Shown piece by piece: positions 62,319 to 64,000 of a stretch of DNA of 64,000 nucleotides; within the stretch, counting starts at the first letter, position 1; every line of letters starts with the position of its first letter. Under the pieces are notes generated by a model. That model worked only from the letters and a program-made list of their open reading frames with translations, was not told the origin of the DNA and searched no databases. Location of the stretch: the IMG/VR virus record IMGVR_UViG_3300049216_000067. The stretch is one strand, 5' to 3'. This DNA is from a virus. A program made the position numbers and the translations under genes.

Positions 62319-64000
62319 TTACTCGTGAACTTCATCCCTGTGGTGTGCTTCCCAATGGGCAGCTGCCTGATGACGATCATGTGTGGTAAACATGTGATGC
62401 CATGCAGTGTGCTTATCGCCATGTTGTTTGTGATAAGATTGTGCAGCACGGTCAGCGTGATACTTCCAAAGTTTTTTTGCCTTTTCTGGATCGTAAGAAC
62501 CTTTCTTGGCTTTCTTTTTCAAATTAGAAATAATTGGCTGATGAGAACTGTGGTGCAAATGAGCATCATAGTCGGCATGAAGCACAAGTTCATGTGCAGC
62601 ATCTGACATTTCTTCGGTGATGGTTTCTTCTTTTGCTAATCTTTTATGATTTGTAGCTCTAAGAATTCCCCTATACCTTTTGCTAAATTTGTGCAAATGC
62701 TTGTTTGCTTCTTCACTTCCATGTTTAGATCTCATATGATCGACCTGACGATCTCCCATATCAGAAGCTGCATTACGAACGTAAGAAGCTAAAGTAGTTC
62801 TTGAAAGTTCATCGATAGTTTCAACACCTTCACCAACGTGAATAGGCATTGTTGAATAAACACCATGTTCTTTCTTTACATCAAATAGACCATGTGTTTT
62901 GCCTGAGCTAGGATCTTTAGCATGAAGATGTGCGTTGGCACCACGAAGAATTGTTTTAATTTTGTGACCACGAGATTGTGCGTGGTTAAGAAACTCATCT
63001 TGTGTGTGGAAAGCTTGATCGGCTTCGTAAATCAATTCAAAAAGACCTTCATCAATTTCTTCTTTTACAGACTTAGCGACACCATTGAAACGCTTTTCTT
63101 CTTTGCCGTTTAAAGGACCTGAACCAGACTTCAATTGATTGAGTGCTTTTTCACGATAAGACTTAAGAACTTTCTTTGAAAGTTCGCTTAATGGTTGTAC
63201 TTCTTCCTTGACATCATGTTCACCTTTTGAATGTATTCTTGTTTTCCAAGCATTGTTTGGATGATCGTCACGGCTAGGGTCTAATTTGTATTTCATAAGA
63301 CCAGATGGTCCAATGTTGTTGCGAACCTGACGAAGAGCGGCAGTGTCATCACCATGAGTGTGACCCTTTTCCCAATCAGTGTTTAACTTGTTTTTCCAAG
63401 TGCGACCGTGCTTTGTTGCATAACGGTGTAATGCTGCATGATGTTCTGGACCAAGTTCTTCAGTAAAGTACTCAGTACCTTCGTTCTGCTTGTCGTATTT
63501 TTTCTTAAACTTAAAACGTGCGGCACGCTTGCCCTTACCGTGTTCCTTGTGGTTTGGCTCATGCTTCTCGGTTTCTTCAGCCTTCAAACCGACTTCATCG
63601 GCACGAATGTTCTTACGACCTTTGATACGACGCAATGCTTTCTTCAAAGCTTCAACATAAGAAGATGTTTGGCTAGATGGGGCAGCTTGTGCTTTACGTT
63701 CAGCAGCAGCAATAGCCCTTTCAAGCTGTTCCTTACTGTCAGTGATCTTTTCGTTAACCGTTGTTTCTTCCTTAGTCAATTTCTTAGTAGCTGTTTCGAT
63801 ACCATTTTTACGCTTATCGGCCCACTTTGTTGATCTGTCATGAGCATAAATTGATTTAGCTTTTCCTTGTGCCCATCCAGCGCTATGAACTTCATTAGCG
63901 GACTTGTTGATGTAAGAACCGAGAGTCTTTTTGCTCAATTCGTTGATTGTGTCTTCTTTGATAGAATGCACTACGCCCTTTTGAAGTGTCGTGTTAAAAC
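62319..64000 (-). CDS. Internal head polyprotein-like protein, 5' end outside window
   Basis: Frame open to window edge; three E-L-S-x-x-(T/V)-L-x-S-Y modules. Confidence 0.65.
   Translation of the reverse strand, partial: FNTTLQKGVVHSIKEDTINELSKKTLGSYINKSANEVHSAGWAQGKAKSIYAHDRSTKWADKRKNGIETATKKLTKEETTVNEKITDSKEQLERAIAAAERKAQAAPSSQTSSYVEALKKALRRIKGRKNIRADEVGLKAEETEKHEPNHKEHGKGKRAARFKFKKKYDKQNEGTEYFTEELGPEHHAALHRYATKHGRTWKNKLNTDWEKGHTHGDDTAALRQVRNNIGPSGLMKYKLDPSRDDHPNNAWKTRIHSKGEHDVKEEVQPLSELSKKVLKSYREKALNQLKSGSGPLNGKEEKRFNGVAKSVKEEIDEGLFELIYEADQAFHTQDEFLNHAQSRGHKIKTILRGANAHLHAKDPSSGKTHGLFDVKKEHGVYSTMPIHVGEGVETIDELSRTTLASYVRNAASDMGDRQVDHMRSKHGSEEANKHLHKFSKRYRGILRATNHKRLAKEETITEEMSDAAHELVLHADYDAHLHHSSHQPIISNLKKKAKKGSYDPEKAKKLWKYHADRAAQSYHKQHGDKHTAWHHMFTTHDRHQAAAHWEAHHRDEVHE

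Noticed and set aside
98-63833. Plus-strand and nested alternative-frame ORFs in the ORF track
   Set aside because: Shadows of minus-strand genes; no motifs or RBS support
1-64000. Genome-wide amber recoding suggested by the CUA element
   Set aside because: Core genes are intact in the standard code and some end in TAG
1-64000. CRISPR array, integrase, transposase or rRNA
   Set aside because: None visible; repeated TTCGA-type motifs are tRNA T-loops

Overview
64-kb segment of a large T4-like (Tevenvirinae/Kyanoviridae-like) myophage genome; every supportable gene is on the minus strand. In transcription order: internal head proteins, gp21/gp22/gp23, gp3, uvsY/uvsW, gp55, gp47/46, peptide deformylase, a MoxR-AAA/vWA pair, gp1, gp45/44/62, regA, glycosyl- and methyltransferases, gp43, uvsX, gp41, a four-gene lysis cassette (endolysin, holin, i-spanin, o-spanin, implying a diderm host), gp61, thyX, class II RNR, a RuvC-like nuclease, and an ~8.8-kb RNA-rich region. 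That region holds 38 tRNA genes covering all 20 amino acids and the most interesting features: (1) a 216-nt minimal RNase P RNA with an intact catalytic domain and almost no specificity domain; (2) a circularly permuted tRNA-like gene whose reconstituted anticodon loop reads CUA (amber); (3) several CCA-ended tRNA mimics (Gly minihelix, altered anticodon arms, D-loop insertion); (4) a ~320-nt unassigned structured RNA; (5) small proteins including a GGQ release-factor-like protein, a PilZ protein and a protein carrying a gp23 Gol-like segment. A recurrent ATTAA-N12/13-(-10) promoter and RBS-sequestering hairpins are also visible. All RNA structures were derived by eye; no database searches or folding programs were run.
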